A DNA stretch of 64,000 nucleotides from Candidatus Obscuribacteraceae bacterium (GTDB lineage: Bacteria > Cyanobacteriota > Vampirovibrionia > Obscuribacterales > Obscuribacteraceae): positions 576,001-640,000 of the forward strand of contig JBGAHS010000005.1 of assembly GCA_044226015.1 (NCBI GenBank). Direction: 5' to 3'. Made by a program: the position numbers and the translations under genes. The number at the start of each line of letters is the position of its first letter. Within the stretch, counting starts at the first letter, position 1. The notes beneath the pieces are model-generated. The model was given only the letters and a program-made list of their open reading frames with translations, made no database searches and was not told where the DNA came from. This document shows positions 9,767 to 19,774 of the stretch, one piece after another.

Positions 9767-12514
9767 ATGGCGCTCGGTATGGTTGATTGGATTGCTGACA
9801 ATACTCGGAAAAATTCCGCTGGCGACGTAACCCCTGCACAAGCAGTGGAAGCGATGGCTTCGCATCGGCTCAGAGACGAGTCTTCGAAAGAATTGCTTAG
9901 CTCATTGGCTGCAGCAAAGATGGACAAGCCCGTAGCAGCAATTGAGCAAGATCCCCATGCGAAGGGCTACTTGCAAACCGGCATCAATTCCGTCACTTCT
10001 CTGGTGATCAAAGACGAGTCAACTCGTGGAAACTTTAATCACTATGGTGCTGAGTTTATCAAGTCTGCGGCACTTTTCACGGGTGGAAAACTAGGTTTTG
10101 TTAGTACAGCTCTGGCGTACGGGTTAGACCAGGCTCGGGTGGACAGCAGCCTCAGCACTCAGGCTGCAGATTTCGCGCTGGGTGCGGCAAAAGGTTCGAC
10201 GATGAAGGGCATGTTCTCTGTCGTTGGCGCAGGCGGACTGAGTGCTCCGATCAAGGGTGCGCTAATGGGCATGGGCTCTGGCGCAGCTGAGGAAGTGTTC
10301 AAGATTGAAACCTTCGCTGACCCGACATCACTCAACGACAGGCTGCGTCGAAATGCATTTAACCCGCAAGCTGTTGTGATGAATGCTGCGCTATTTACGG
10401 CTGGTGAAGGTCTTTACGCTGGTCTCAATAAATTCGCGTACAACGGCAAATTGGTTGAGAATAAAGTACTCTCCGGTATGGTCATGGGTGGTTCGTTCGG
10501 TTTCGTCAATGGAACTGTCGGTGAAGCCTCTCGTGAAATGGCTGAACACGGAAAAATAGATCCAACAAAGGTCATTGTGAAGGGACTTCTGGAAGGCTCA
10601 GTTTCAGCGGCTGGGGCTGGTGTTGGAACCAAAATTTCAGATCCGATCTTTCAACAAAAGGTCAAAGATAACACTCTTGGAGCATTAGATAATCTTGGGC
10701 TTTTGAGTCGCAGCAAGGAATTCATCGTGACCGATGGGTTCAAAGAACTCAATAAATTCAGCAATAATGAAACTAGAGCAGCGCTAACTACCGTACGCGA
10801 AGTGCGAAATATTTTGGGCTGGGAGAAGGTTGGTCCCGAGAAACATCTCTGGCTGCAGCATAATGACAAAACTGCTGAGTCTATTCCGGTTCCGAAACTG
10901 GCTGACCTCTTAGCTAGTTGCAACCCTGATCGCTTAAAGCCATCTCAGCGTGCGGCAAGTCTATTCTCCTATGCAGATGGACCGGTTTTCCTTGAGCGTG
11001 GTGCTGCAAATCGAATTCGAATTTCGCTTGAGACAGCGCCACAGTGGAAAGGTGCCACTGGTGGCAACCGCATCATGCTTGGCACTCCAGATGCCAAGAT
11101 TAATGCGATGGCGCCACTGTTGATTGGCGACCCGGACAATTTAAACTCTGAGTCCAGCAAAAATGCCTTCGACAACTTTGTCAAAGATTTGAAAGTGGCT
11201 AAGAAAGTTGGAGTTGACGGAATTTCCACCGATGTATGGTGGGGACTAATCGAACCAAAAGAAGGACAGTTCAAGTGGAACTACTATGACAAAGTGAGTT
11301 CAACTATTATCGACAATAAGTTGAAATGGGTGCCAATTCTTTCGTTTCATTCAGCCAAAGCTGGTGGCAACGTTGGAGACAACGTGGACGTCCCCGTACC
11401 TTTCTGGGCTTGGAACAAAATCTCCAGTCAGATTCCGGGAAGCTCACCTGACGTTGGAATGTACAAGAGTGAACAAGGAAACAGAAGCGATGAATACATT
11501 CAGCTTTGGGCCGACAAATACGCTGTTCCGCTCTACAAGAATGTAATGACTGCTTTTGCAAATCAGTACGCTCCAAAAGCACCGCATATTTCCGAAATCA
11601 ACATTAGCTTGGGACCAGCTGGTGAAGCCCGCTATCCTTCTTATAATCACCATGATAACAACGTGGCTTACCCAAGTCGTGGCTCATTGCAAGCGTATTC
11701 CGATTTGGCTAAGGAAGATTTCAAATTCTACGTGCTCGGAAAATATGGCAATTGGGCCGGTGTAGAAAAGGCATGGGGCGGAAAGGTAGTAAACATCGAA
11801 CCGCCAGTGAATGTAGATGCATTTTTCAATGACAAAATTCACACCAATACGATGTACGGAAAGGACTTCTTCGATTGGTACAACCAGTCGCTCATCAAAC
11901 ACATTCACAATGTGATGGGGTCAGCGTTTGAAGTCTACAACAACAATGGACCATGGCAGAACACCGATATTGGTATGAAGATTCCAGGTATTCACTGGAG
12001 AATTGGAACCAATGCTGGTGGCAACGTTTACCTTTCAGATCGACTGGCAGAACTAACTGCTGGAATGATTCGCACCAGCGGTAACGATTGGGATAGCGAT
12101 GCTCTTGGACATGGTTATCGTCCACTTCTTTCTGGTATCAAAGAACTCACCAGTCTGCCGGGTGGCAACCGCCTTATGCTTCATTTCACCGCGCTGGAAA
12201 TGGCTGATGGACAGGACGGTCACATGAATGCAAAGGCTATGCCCTATACATTGGCAAATTGGGTAGGCGCTGAAGCTAGAGTTCAAGGCTTGCGTTTGAA
12301 AGGTGAAAACGCCCTAGGTGGCATGCTCCAAGATTCTGCCTCTTGGGACAGAATGGCGTCGCATTTAAGTTTACCTGGACAAGATGGCTACTATCAAGGA
12401 CTGACTCTCTTGAGACTTAACGACTCTCTTGCAAATAATGCGGCCTATTTGTCCAAACTAATTCAAGCAACCAAGCCGCTTCCATCTGACTCTTCGATGA
12501 AATACAAGAAATAA
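9767..12514 (+). CDS. Gly/Ala-rich N-terminal region fused to a C-terminal GH14 beta-amylase
   Basis: DVWWG, ILSFH, GGNVGD, GPAGEARYPSY, KIPGIHW, FTALEM and GENAL are GH14 signatures, including both catalytic Glu. Confidence 0.85.
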   Translation: MALGMVDWIADNTRKNSAGDVTPAQAVEAMASHRLRDESSKELLSSLAAAKMDKPVAAIEQDPHAKGYLQTGINSVTSLVIKDESTRGNFNHYGAEFIKSAALFTGGKLGFVSTALAYGLDQARVDSSLSTQAADFALGAAKGSTMKGMFSVVGAGGLSAPIKGALMGMGSGAAEEVFKIETFADPTSLNDRLRRNAFNPQAVVMNAALFTAGEGLYAGLNKFAYNGKLVENKVLSGMVMGGSFGFVNGTVGEASREMAEHGKIDPTKVIVKGLLEGSVSAAGAGVGTKISDPIFQQKVKDNTLGALDNLGLLSRSKEFIVTDGFKELNKFSNNETRAALTTVREVRNILGWEKVGPEKHLWLQHNDKTAESIPVPKLADLLASCNPDRLKPSQRAASLFSYADGPVFLERGAANRIRISLETAPQWKGATGGNRIMLGTPDAKINAMAPLLIGDPDNLNSESSKNAFDNFVKDLKVAKKVGVDGISTDVWWGLIEPKEGQFKWNYYDKVSSTIIDNKLKWVPILSFHSAKAGGNVGDNVDVPVPFWAWNKISSQIPGSSPDVGMYKSEQGNRSDEYIQLWADKYAVPLYKNVMTAFANQYAPKAPHISEINISLGPAGEARYPSYNHHDNNVAYPSRGSLQAYSDLAKEDFKFYVLGKYGNWAGVEKAWGGKVVNIEPPVNVDAFFNDKIHTNTMYGKDFFDWYNQSLIKHIHNVMGSAFEVYNNNGPWQNTDIGMKIPGIHWRIGTNAGGNVYLSDRLAELTAGMIRTSGNDWDSDALGHGYRPLLSGIKELTSLPGGNRLMLHFTALEMADGQDGHMNAKAMPYTLANWVGAEARVQGLRLKGENALGGMLQDSASWDRMASHLSLPGQDGYYQGLTLLRLNDSLANNAAYLSKLIQATKPLPSDSSMKYKK

Positions 12515-12518
12515 ACTC

Positions 12519-12911
12519 TTAGAAGTAACTTTTGCCTGAGGGCGACTGATTTATCGTGACCACCCTTTGAACCTCTGCGTCATAGACCTTGGAAATAACA
12601 TAAGTTCCGAGAGTGTCCCAGTCGCCGACCTTCCATTTTTGTCCGTTGTTTCGCTTGCGGATCTCCTGGCTCTGAATTAATGCGTGTCCCCAAAAGAGCC
12701 ATTTGCCATTAATATTCTCGACCAGAAACACTCGACAGGGGTCAAGATGAAAGAGGCGAGCATCATCTTTGTGAAAGGAGAAGACTTTTCCTTCAAGTGC
12801 TGAGAAATCGATGCCTTGCTTCGAGTTAGCTGCCAGGTTGAGCACTTCGCATGGAAAGCCCTGTTCTTTAGTCAAACAAAGAGTGTCGTTGATTTCGATA
12901 TTGCTGCCCAT
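12519..12911 (-). CDS. Hypothetical protein
   Basis: 130-aa ORF with AGGAG SD and globular-looking composition. Confidence 0.7.
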   Translation of the reverse strand: MGSNIEINDTLCLTKEQGFPCEVLNLAANSKQGIDFSALEGKVFSFHKDDARLFHLDPCRVFLVENINGKWLFWGHALIQSQEIRKRNNGQKWKVGDWDTLGTYVISKVYDAEVQRVVTINQSPSGKSYF

Positions 12912-13024
12912 AATACTCCTTGACTTTATTTTGAGTTTTCAGAGTATTCTAGCGGCATAATGCAATTAGATTTGCATTCTGCCAGAATAGCGCTTTACTG
13001 GGTGCATTTAAGGGCTGTCAAGGA

Positions 13025-15094
13025 ATGAACGCTCATCGAGATGATGAACAGAATCAGAGAAGGTCGAAAGATGATATTGATGCGCGACTGAACGCGGGGC
13101 TTTCCTATGGCGAAGTAAGTTCAGATGAGCAGCAAGAAGAAGCTCCAGTGGCTGCAGGTCCGGCGCCTGAAATTTTAACGATGCGTGAGCGTATGCTCTA
13201 CCCCTGGCTCGCGCCGGCAAAAAAGATTACGGCAGCGAAAATTATTATTCTGGCAAATGTGCTTGTGTTTGTTGCAATGGCAATTCTCAGTGCTGGTAAA
13301 GGTGCCTACAACCCAGGTAGTTTGCTTCTTCTAGATTGGGGCGCAAATTTCGGTCCGCTCACTTTTGGTGGCGAGTACTGGCGCATCGTAACTTGTACTT
13401 TCGTTCATTCGGGCTTCTTGCATATTGCCATGAACATGGCAGTGTTCAACGATATTTCCAGGGTGGTTGAACGACTTATGGGAAGCACCAAGTTTGTAAT
13501 CATGTATTTTGTTGCTGGAATTGGCGGCTCTCTGCTGAGTTCTCTGGTAAATCCTGCTGGTATTAGTGTTGGTGCTTCTGGTGCCGTATTTGGTGTCTAT
13601 GGTGCCCTTCTGGCGTTTGTACAAATGCACCGCGCTGAGATTCCAAAAGAGGTATTCACTGAAACCTGTAAGGGACTTTTCGCTTTCATTATTTTGAATC
13701 TTGTGATGGGATTTGCCAGTGCACACACTGACAATGCTGCGCACATTGGTGGATTGATTTTTGGCTATCTAGCAGGTCTTGCCCTGTTAAATCGTGCCAA
13801 CTTGAATTTTCCGGCGCTCAGGCAATTCACAATCAAGAATGCCATTGGCACCATAGTCTTGATAGGGTTGCTTTTGGGATTCTTCCGAATTGATGAATTA
13901 GGGCTTTTTGATAAGGATGGAGATCTACTTAAAGCAAGGGTTTCTCAACTTTTAGAGAAAGGGAAGTCTGATCAGGCTATCAGTGTTATTGGCGCCTACA
14001 TTGCTAGTCAGCCGAACAATTCAATTGGTTATGCGCAGCGTGCAATGGTGTACTCATCGGTCGATAAAGATCAAGAAGCTGCAGCAGATGTGAATAAAGC
14101 GATTGAAATAAATCCGCGAGATGTGATGGCACTGCTCATCAGAGCCGAGTTATCCGAAAAGCGAATGGACATGGATGCTGCACTAAAGGATGAGGATAGT
14201 GCTGTTCAAATTGACCCCACAAATCCGAAGCCTTATGTGCGTCGAGCCATCACAAATCGGAAATTCAAAAGATATAGAGAAGCAATAGCTGATTGCGACA
14301 GTGCTATGAATCTGGGGATGAAGTCTGCTCCTATGAAACTTTTGAAAGTTAGCATTCTTGAACAATCCGAGCATCTAGACGAAGCATTGGCGTTGCTGAA
14401 CACAATCACTACAGATCAGGAAGATCTACAGGAAGAGCTTTTGACTGAGCGAATTCGTTTGTTGCGCTTCTCAGGTCAATTTGACAAGCTCTTGATGGTT
14501 CTTGATGATGCGATTAGACGTTACCCGCAAAATGCTGATTTCTATGATTTCAAAGGAACTGCGCTAGTTTCACTTGGTAGATTTGATGAAGCCATGAATG
14601 TGTTTGATAGTGGTTTGAAGATCAAACCGCTTTATAGAATTTACAGAGACAAAGGCATTGCTTACTTGTTGATGAACAAGCCTGAGGCATCTATTTCGCA
14701 ATTTGAAAAGTTTGTGCAGACAGCTGATGTGGAGGAAGGTCAGGGCATCTATGGTGTCATTTTTGAAGCGCTGGCACTTGAACGTCTGAACAAGACTCAA
14801 GCAAAAAATGCGTTGCTACAGAAACAGTTGCAAGTGCAGGTGAGAAGATGGCCATATCCATTGCTTCTTTATTTGAATGGGCAGCTCAGTGAAGCTGTGT
14901 TGGTCCGTTCCATCAAAGACCGTGACGAGATGACCGAAGCTCAGGCCTATGTTGGTTTGCGCTGGCTACTAAATGGTCGCCCGCAGGCGGCGGTTCCGCA
15001 TTTTGAGTGGGTGCTGAAAAATGGAAATGTTGAATTCCTTGAGTACGAACTGGCGCGTGAGATCATGCAAGGTAAGACAGCGCTTTTAAAGTAG
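13025..15094 (+). CDS. Rhomboid intramembrane serine protease fused to TPR repeats
   Basis: WR..T..FVH...HIAMN, VGASGAVFG (catalytic Ser), AHIGG (catalytic His); TPR/NlpI-like C-terminal half. Confidence 0.9.
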   Translation: MNAHRDDEQNQRRSKDDIDARLNAGLSYGEVSSDEQQEEAPVAAGPAPEILTMRERMLYPWLAPAKKITAAKIIILANVLVFVAMAILSAGKGAYNPGSLLLLDWGANFGPLTFGGEYWRIVTCTFVHSGFLHIAMNMAVFNDISRVVERLMGSTKFVIMYFVAGIGGSLLSSLVNPAGISVGASGAVFGVYGALLAFVQMHRAEIPKEVFTETCKGLFAFIILNLVMGFASAHTDNAAHIGGLIFGYLAGLALLNRANLNFPALRQFTIKNAIGTIVLIGLLLGFFRIDELGLFDKDGDLLKARVSQLLEKGKSDQAISVIGAYIASQPNNSIGYAQRAMVYSSVDKDQEAAADVNKAIEINPRDVMALLIRAELSEKRMDMDAALKDEDSAVQIDPTNPKPYVRRAITNRKFKRYREAIADCDSAMNLGMKSAPMKLLKVSILEQSEHLDEALALLNTITTDQEDLQEELLTERIRLLRFSGQFDKLLMVLDDAIRRYPQNADFYDFKGTALVSLGRFDEAMNVFDSGLKIKPLYRIYRDKGIAYLLMNKPEASISQFEKFVQTADVEEGQGIYGVIFEALALERLNKTQAKNALLQKQLQVQVRRWPYPLLLYLNGQLSEAVLVRSIKDRDEMTEAQAYVGLRWLLNGRPQAAVPHFEWVLKNGNVEFLEYELAREIMQGKTALLK

Positions 15095-15129
15095 AGTTTG
15101 AATCGCTTAGATTAAACGAGGTGCTTGGT

Positions 15130-16887
15130 CTAACCCTCTGTATCTTGCAGCCGTTTCAGAATTTCGAGGGCGCTCTGGGTGCGCTTATTGATATCCAAAT
15201 GAGTCGTTTCGGCTATTAACTCATCTATTTCATCGCTTAGATTCAGGGTTAGTTCCTTTGGATGTGACTGTGAAATTGGTTCGGGATCTTCTCCCGTAAG
15301 CAAGAAATATAGTGTCGCACCTAGTGCGTAAACGTCGCTGCGCTCGTCTGCATCACCACGAAACTGCTCCGGTGGAATATAGGCGTGTTTTCCTACTACC
15401 GTAGCGGTTTTGCTTGACTCCATGGTTCGGGCAACGTTGAAATCGATTAAGACCAAGTTTCCATCTTTGCCAAGAATGAGGTTCTCTGGAGTGAAATCTC
15501 GATGAACCACTGGTGGTGCTAATTCATGAAGATAGTGAAGAATTGATGCCATCTGTTTTGCATATTCTCTTACTTCAGCCTCAGACAGGGCACCTTTTTC
15601 TTTTACAAGCTTGCGAAGGGAATCTCCTTCAATATAATCTAGAACCAGATAGCCTCTATGTTCATCAGTGAATGAATCGCGCATTTTTACCACGCTGTCG
15701 TTGTTCAATCGTTTAAGCAAATTGACTTCGAGTTCAAATCTTTCGCGCGCTTTCTTTTTTACTTCCTCGTCAACAAAAACAGGGAAAAGTGTTTCTTTCA
15801 AAACTACCTCAACGTTTTCTTGCTGGTCATGCACCAAGTATGCCGTTCCCTGTCCTCCTACGCCCAGGCGACTGAGAATGACGTAACGATCGTCCTTCAA
15901 CTTATCTCCTGGGAATAGAGGCACTAACTGATTTTCCTTGGGCGCATTTGAAAGTGACTTTAGCCACAAATCCGTATGGCTGTCTGCAATGGCTGGTTCC
16001 CACAATTCTAGAAGTTCTGGGTCGATTGAAACCCAGGGACAATTTTCTTTCAGCATCTCAACCAATTGTCCACTGAGATCAGATATGGCTGTTATTTGTA
16101 CAGTCAGAGGACGAAGTGAGCTTGTGCCAAACCCGACCAGCCATTTTTCAGGAAGCATTGTTTCCTGTGGGCGAAACAAGAACACAGAGGAAATGTCTGT
16201 CCATGCTATTTTTCGTCTAACTTGCGAGCGGAATTTCATGTAAATTCCGTCTTTGTGTACCTCTGCATAATTGGCTTGCGTAGTGCTATTCAACCAGGCT
16301 AGCAATGAAGATAAAAGAAGAACTACCGCAATTGGATAGAGCAGTAGCGATAAGCCGATCGTTTGCAGCAATATGGTTGTAGCAATTATCAGAAATAGTG
16401 AAAGAACATTTGCCAGACCGACTACAATCGTGCTGGCTTGTTGCCAGACAAAAGGCACTAACCAGGCAGAGAAAGCGAGAATAACCAGCATGGTCATCTT
16501 TTCTTTATTGCTTGCCGCGGCGAATCGTCCGGAAATATTCTTTGTTTTCCCGACGGCACCTGCACTGATGCGTGCAAGAAACGCTGCTCTGTCCGAACTT
16601 GAATTTTCAATCAGTTGAGGGTTGTTGACCTTAGTTTTTGTGTCATCTTCATCGAGCCACTTACTCATTGTATGTAGCTCGGGCGAAGCGGCTTTGCCAG
16701 ATGTACTGCCAGTAGCTGCAAGAGTGGAAGATTGCTCGTATTCAACTGGCTGGCTCTGAGCATCAGGTTTCACAGCAGAAGTTTCTTGCGCTAAATCTTT
16801 AGTAGAAGAGTATTCTTCTTCGACGACTTCCGACTCCGTGAGTTCGGTAATTTCCGTTTTGTCCTCTTTCAGTCTATCTGAGTGCAT
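15130..16887 (-). CDS. Membrane-anchored Ser/Thr protein kinase (kinase domain C-terminal)
   Basis: LGVGGQGTAY, VLKE, HRDFTPEN, DFN, YIPPEQ, SDVYALG; TM helices before the kinase domain. Confidence 0.85.
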   Translation of the reverse strand: MHSDRLKEDKTEITELTESEVVEEEYSSTKDLAQETSAVKPDAQSQPVEYEQSSTLAATGSTSGKAASPELHTMSKWLDEDDTKTKVNNPQLIENSSSDRAAFLARISAGAVGKTKNISGRFAAASNKEKMTMLVILAFSAWLVPFVWQQASTIVVGLANVLSLFLIIATTILLQTIGLSLLLYPIAVVLLLSSLLAWLNSTTQANYAEVHKDGIYMKFRSQVRRKIAWTDISSVFLFRPQETMLPEKWLVGFGTSSLRPLTVQITAISDLSGQLVEMLKENCPWVSIDPELLELWEPAIADSHTDLWLKSLSNAPKENQLVPLFPGDKLKDDRYVILSRLGVGGQGTAYLVHDQQENVEVVLKETLFPVFVDEEVKKKARERFELEVNLLKRLNNDSVVKMRDSFTDEHRGYLVLDYIEGDSLRKLVKEKGALSEAEVREYAKQMASILHYLHELAPPVVHRDFTPENLILGKDGNLVLIDFNVARTMESSKTATVVGKHAYIPPEQFRGDADERSDVYALGATLYFLLTGEDPEPISQSHPKELTLNLSDEIDELIAETTHLDINKRTQSALEILKRLQDTEG

Positions 16888-16888
16888 T

Positions 16889-18310
16889 TTATTTCTCGGC
16901 TCTTGCTAATAAGGCTTCTAATGCCGATTTACACTCTGCTGCGTCAGCAAATCTGTCTTCCTTAGAGAGTTGTGTTAGCCTCTCTACTATCTGGTCCATA
17001 GTTTCGCTAACTTTCTCAGATAGTGCTCGTGGCTGACTAGCAGCAAGCGGTACAGGGTCTTTCCCTGTGAGCAAATAATGCAGTGTCCCGCCCAGCGAAT
17101 AGAGATCGCTTTGAATTGAAGCTTTCCCTCTTAACTGCTCAGGAGCCATATAAGCATGTTTTCCCACGAGAGTTCCTGTTGCTGTATGCAAAAACTCGTT
17201 GGCAGCGCCGAAATCGATCATCACAATTTTGCCGGCATCGCTGATTATCAAATTCTCTGGCGTAAGGTCTCTGTGAATCACTGCGGGCGATTGTGAATGA
17301 AGGTACTGCAAAATTTCCGCTATTTGAATACCTATCTGAATAACCTTCGACTCAGGCTGCGGTCCTCGTTCTACAACATATTGCCTCAAATCCTCCCCGT
17401 GCACATACTCGAGCAAAAGGTAATGTCCACGTTCTACAAAATGGTCTTTGACTTTCGCGATTTGAGGATGATTCAAGCTTACTAGAATTTTCGCTTCGCG
17501 CTGAAATTGTTCCTCAGCTTTCTGTTTTAGTTCTGAGTCCACATCTGCTGGAAGAACTGATTCCTTCAAGATCGCAAGGTCTTTTTTATTGATTTGAACC
17601 AGATATATTGCAGAAAGCCCACCAAAACCTAGCTGCCGCAGCACTTTGATTTCGCCATCTTGCAATGTGCTTCCTGGTGCTAGAGGAATGAAAGTTGTTG
17701 AAGCGTAACGGTAACGTAGCTCGTCTTCCCAGAGGTTTGTGTAACTCTTTTTGCCTTCGATGCGAAGTTCAGATTTGAGGGACTTTTTGATTTCGTCGAG
17801 TTCTTCAATACCGTTTGCGGTATTGGCGAATGTCTCAATTCCCATCAGAATTTGTTCGACTTCCTCTGATTTAAATATGCCGAGTGGAAGTGTTACGTGA
17901 CCACCTGAGCGGTATGTCATGCGCAACTTTTTCTTTTTGAGAGGGGCGTCTTTCCTGCCCAGGATGCGAACTGTGTCGAGGTCATACCACGAGCGATTGC
18001 GTCTGCCGAGCAGTGTCATTGAACACAAGAATGGAAAAACTAGACCCTGTCGACTAAGTACGAGTATTTCTCTCTTAAGCATCACCGCGCCGTAGGAAAA
18101 TACAACGAATGCCGCAAAGCAAGCGGTGCCGAAAGCTTGAGCAGCGGCTAGAGACTTTATCGCAGAGGGAACTCCTTGATGGGCAAAGAAGAAAATCAGC
18201 AGGCAAATAATGGGCATTAATAGCCAGAAGGGAGAACTCAGAATCAGCGCCCATGTCAGAGTTCTAGTCAAGGCTGTTTTGTATTTGACTCTGACCTCGA
18301 GGGTTGCCAT
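16889..18310 (-). CDS. Membrane-anchored Ser/Thr protein kinase (paralogue of the adjacent gene)
   Basis: LGFGGLSAIY, ILKE, HRDLTPEN, DFG, YMAPEQ, SDLYSLG; start placed at ATG 18310 (ORF track extends to 18340). Confidence 0.85.
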   Translation of the reverse strand: MATLEVRVKYKTALTRTLTWALILSSPFWLLMPIICLLIFFFAHQGVPSAIKSLAAAQAFGTACFAAFVVFSYGAVMLKREILVLSRQGLVFPFLCSMTLLGRRNRSWYDLDTVRILGRKDAPLKKKKLRMTYRSGGHVTLPLGIFKSEEVEQILMGIETFANTANGIEELDEIKKSLKSELRIEGKKSYTNLWEDELRYRYASTTFIPLAPGSTLQDGEIKVLRQLGFGGLSAIYLVQINKKDLAILKESVLPADVDSELKQKAEEQFQREAKILVSLNHPQIAKVKDHFVERGHYLLLEYVHGEDLRQYVVERGPQPESKVIQIGIQIAEILQYLHSQSPAVIHRDLTPENLIISDAGKIVMIDFGAANEFLHTATGTLVGKHAYMAPEQLRGKASIQSDLYSLGGTLHYLLTGKDPVPLAASQPRALSEKVSETMDQIVERLTQLSKEDRFADAAECKSALEALLARAEK

Positions 18311-18436
18311 GCAGGCTCCGTCTGGATTGCGGGTTGTCAATTAACGCTAACGACAAAAAGCAGCGTCGCTGGAATAAATGTACCCGATTACTGCTAAACT
18401 AACGGGATTCTTGACTTTGGGTTTTCTGGAGGGTGA

Positions 18437-19774
18437 GTGAAGAGACCGCTCAGTTTTTGGCAAATCTGGAACATGAATTTCGGGTTTCTCGGAATTCAGT
18501 TTGGCTGGGGATTGCAACTTGCCAACATGAGTGCAATCTACACGAAGCTGGGTGCAAATCCGGAAAACATACCCATTCTCTGGCTCGCCGGACCAGTGAC
18601 TGGGCTTCTGGTTCAGCCGATAATTGGCGCCATGAGTGACCGAACCTGGACTAAGCTCGGTAGGCGGCGCCCTTATTTTCTTGTTGGCGCGCTTCTGGCT
18701 AGTACTGCTTTGTTTTTTATGCCCGACTCGCCTGCGTTGTGGTTTGCCGCAACCATGCTATGGATCTTGGATGCAAGCATTAATGTGAGTATGGAGCCCT
18801 TTAGAGCCTTTGTATCTGATAAATTGCCTGCTGCGCAATGCACCAAAGGTTTCATCATGCAGAGTTTTCTCATTGGTATTGGCGCTACTATGGCGAACGC
18901 ATTGCCGCGACTTTTCCGCGAAATGGGAATTAATGGTATCGCTGCAAATGGCGTACCTCTCACCGTCCAATATTCTTTTCGTATTGGCGCCGTTATGTTT
19001 CTTTTGTGTGTGCTTTATACGGTGTTCACCACAGATGAATATCCGCCAGAAAACATGGAAGAGTTTGAGAAGAAGCGAGCTGAGAACCCAGGTTTCGGTG
19101 GTTTGCTGAAGGAGGTATTCGCTGAGATTCCAGATGCTGTGAAAGCGATGCCCACTACAATGAAGCAGCTGGCCTGGGTGCAAATTTTTACCTGGCTCGG
19201 GTTGTTTTGTATGTTCATGTATTTCAATCTTGCTGTCGCGCAGCATGTATTCGGTGCCACTGATTCGAAATCTGAACTCTTTGATCGTGGCGTGGAATGG
19301 GCTGGATGGTGTTTCGCGATTTACAATGTGGTCACTTTCATGGTGGCATTTGTTTTGCCCAAAATTGCACAAGCAATAGGGCGGAAAATGGTTCATAGCA
19401 TCGCACTGACGTTGGGCGGTCTCAGCCTTCTTTCCATCTACTTTATTCACGATAAGGACATTTTGACTCTGACCATGATCGGAGTTGGAATTGCATGGGC
19501 ATCTATTTTAGCTGTGCCCTATGCGATTTTATCTGGCGCTGTACCAGCTCAGCGAACAGGAATCTACATGGGAGTCTTCAATTTCTTTATTGTTATTCCA
19601 GAAATCATAGCGTCGCTGACTTTCAAGCCGCTTGTTGGCTCGGTGTTCCACAACAATCCTCTGTATGTCGTGATGATGGGTGGAGCTTCAATGTTGGTGG
19701 CAGCTCTCCTGGTCGCTTTTGTTGACGATAAAGAAGGGAAAGCCGGCATGAGCACCGCCGGTGGTGGTCATTAA
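18437..19774 (+). CDS. MFS sugar transporter (maltose/sucrose, SLC45-like)
   Basis: QIWNMNFGFLGIQFGW, LLVQPIIGAMSDRTW..GRRRPY, MEPFRA, GIYMGVFNFFIVIP; about 12 TM. Confidence 0.85.
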   Translation: MKRPLSFWQIWNMNFGFLGIQFGWGLQLANMSAIYTKLGANPENIPILWLAGPVTGLLVQPIIGAMSDRTWTKLGRRRPYFLVGALLASTALFFMPDSPALWFAATMLWILDASINVSMEPFRAFVSDKLPAAQCTKGFIMQSFLIGIGATMANALPRLFREMGINGIAANGVPLTVQYSFRIGAVMFLLCVLYTVFTTDEYPPENMEEFEKKRAENPGFGGLLKEVFAEIPDAVKAMPTTMKQLAWVQIFTWLGLFCMFMYFNLAVAQHVFGATDSKSELFDRGVEWAGWCFAIYNVVTFMVAFVLPKIAQAIGRKMVHSIALTLGGLSLLSIYFIHDKDILTLTMIGVGIAWASILAVPYAILSGAVPAQRTGIYMGVFNFFIVIPEIIASLTFKPLVGSVFHNNPLYVVMMGGASMLVAALLVAFVDDKEGKAGMSTAGGGH

